Of a stretch of 45,140 bases of DNA, positions 44,120-45,140 are shown piece by piece. Each line of letters begins with the position of its first letter. Within the stretch, counting starts at the first letter, position 1. Source of the DNA: a virus (taxonomy: Duplodnaviria; Caudoviricetes); IMG/VR virus record IMGVR_UViG_3300032242_002100, positions 1-45,140 of that record. The stretch is one strand, 5' to 3'. Under the pieces are notes generated by a model. That model did not search any database and was not told where the DNA came from. It worked only from the letters and a program-made list of their open reading frames with translations. The position numbers and the translations under genes are program-made.

Positions 44120-45140
44120 TTACACCGTCAAGTTCCAAAATGAGAGAGATCCAAGGCAGGCGTTTGTGCCAGAAAGAGTTCTTGCCGCAACCGTATATGT
44201 ATCGCTCGCACTAAACCCGTTACCCGAAAGCGATGCAGTATAACCCAATTGAAGGTCAAAGTTATATCCAGTTGACGCGACAGCGTTTGTTTTAGATTGG
44301 TTTGTAGCAGTTGCATATGAAGTCATGACAATATTGTCAGCGGTATTTGTTAATGACGTGGATGCCACATCAACATCAACTTGTCCTCCGGATAAAGCAC
44401 CAGAAGTCCAAGACGTACCGCCGCCAAGTGTTGCATTTTTGATTAAGACAACTTCATAATTTCCGCTACCAATTGGCAAAAATGTCATGGATTCCGGAAT
44501 GACAATAGCGCCGTAAAAGCCTGAATTGACGCGAATTGATACGATAGGCGTAAATGATGTTCCAACGGTTACGTTACTTGTTGGACGCGCAATATATTGT
44601 TGCGACGTCTGTTCATAACCGCCTTCTGAAATAACCGTTGAACAAATTTGTTGGAGAATCGCAGGGGTTGGGGAAAGTGAACCAGACGATATAATTTCAT
44701 AACGCAAAGGCAAAATTGCCGTTTGCATGTAAACAAGAGTTAAGACGTTTGCATTGTTGAAATTGTGGGCCGTGTAAAAGACACCATTATCAATAAATCC
44801 GCAGCGGACGCTCCCAACGCCAAGCCACTCAAAGTCAAACCAAAGAATTTGTGTTTTGGTCAAATCAAGTGTGATTCCAGAAGGGCCAGTCCCGTCAAAT
44901 TTGTCTACGTTCCAGTTTGCTTGTGTGACATATCTGGTATTAACTACTACGCCAGATGTATAAGTTCTGATCACAAATCTAACGTCAGTACCATTTTGCT
45001 CAAGATAAACACCATTGTATGCGCTGTAATATCCAACCCTTTGCGTCAAATTGGTTTGAGTTGCCGCCATTGAAAATGTTTGCATCGTGAGCAAACTTTT
45101 ACCAGGCTGGTAAGGGAAAACTCGGTAAGTTTGAGCCAGT
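44120..45140 (-). CDS. Virion structural protein, YQPGK family (5'-truncated by the window edge)
   Basis: The frame stays open to the window edge: LAQTYRVFPYQPGKSLL...QRVGYY...FEWLGVGSVRCGF...LPLRYEI. Confidence 0.75.
   Translation of the reverse strand, partial: LAQTYRVFPYQPGKSLLTMQTFSMAATQTNLTQRVGYYSAYNGVYLEQNGTDVRFVIRTYTSGVVVNTRYVTQANWNVDKFDGTGPSGITLDLTKTQILWFDFEWLGVGSVRCGFIDNGVFYTAHNFNNANVLTLVYMQTAILPLRYEIISSGSLSPTPAILQQICSTVISEGGYEQTSQQYIARPTSNVTVGTSFTPIVSIRVNSGFYGAIVIPESMTFLPIGSGNYEVVLIKNATLGGGTSWTSGALSGGQVDVDVASTSLTNTADNIVMTSYATATNQSKTNAVASTGYNFDLQLGYTASLSGNGFSASDTYTVAARTLSGTNACLGSLSFWNLTV

Noticed and set aside
45000-45140. Terminal redundancy or circular join with the window start
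   Set aside because: The two end ORFs are homologous over the same protein region but differ in sequence, so they are paralogs and not one split gene
1-45140. Alternative genetic code, introns/inteins or integrase
   Set aside because: Core genes (TerL, portal, capsid, helicase) are intact and of normal length in the standard code, and no recombinase motif was recognised

Overview
The window is most of a tailed dsDNA phage genome with podovirus-like gene order. The host is very probably an alphaproteobacterium, judged from GapR, GcrA-CTD and alphaproteobacterial-type RNAP alpha-CTD homologs. Minus strand 17.4 kb to 1 is the head module: TerS, TerL, portal, a 1316-aa polyvalent ART/zincin protein, basic GG-repeat proteins, GroES, scaffold, major capsid and decoration proteins. 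The middle (17.9-33 kb) holds early, replication and regulatory genes: primase-helicase, C5 methyltransferase with a nested beta ORF, RuvC-like resolvase, PD-(D/E)XK nuclease, SSB-like protein, SLT and phosphoesterase. Minus strand 45.1 kb to 33 kb holds ejection and tail-fibre genes. Both ends cut paralogous structural ORFs. I recognised no DNA polymerase, integrase, tRNA, CRISPR array or tail-tube genes. The most notable signals are: (1) a dispersed [FYMRHK][AK]xGG peptide plus an AL-x-VA helix shared by six unrelated virion-associated proteins, with a candidate reader protein; (2) a 15-copy phased ACTTCCG array with two perfect IHF sites; (3) a promoter/anti-SD hairpin/terminator sRNA unit and structured leaders; (4) stripped-down mimics of host transcription factors. 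All family calls come from motif recognition by eye, not from database searches.
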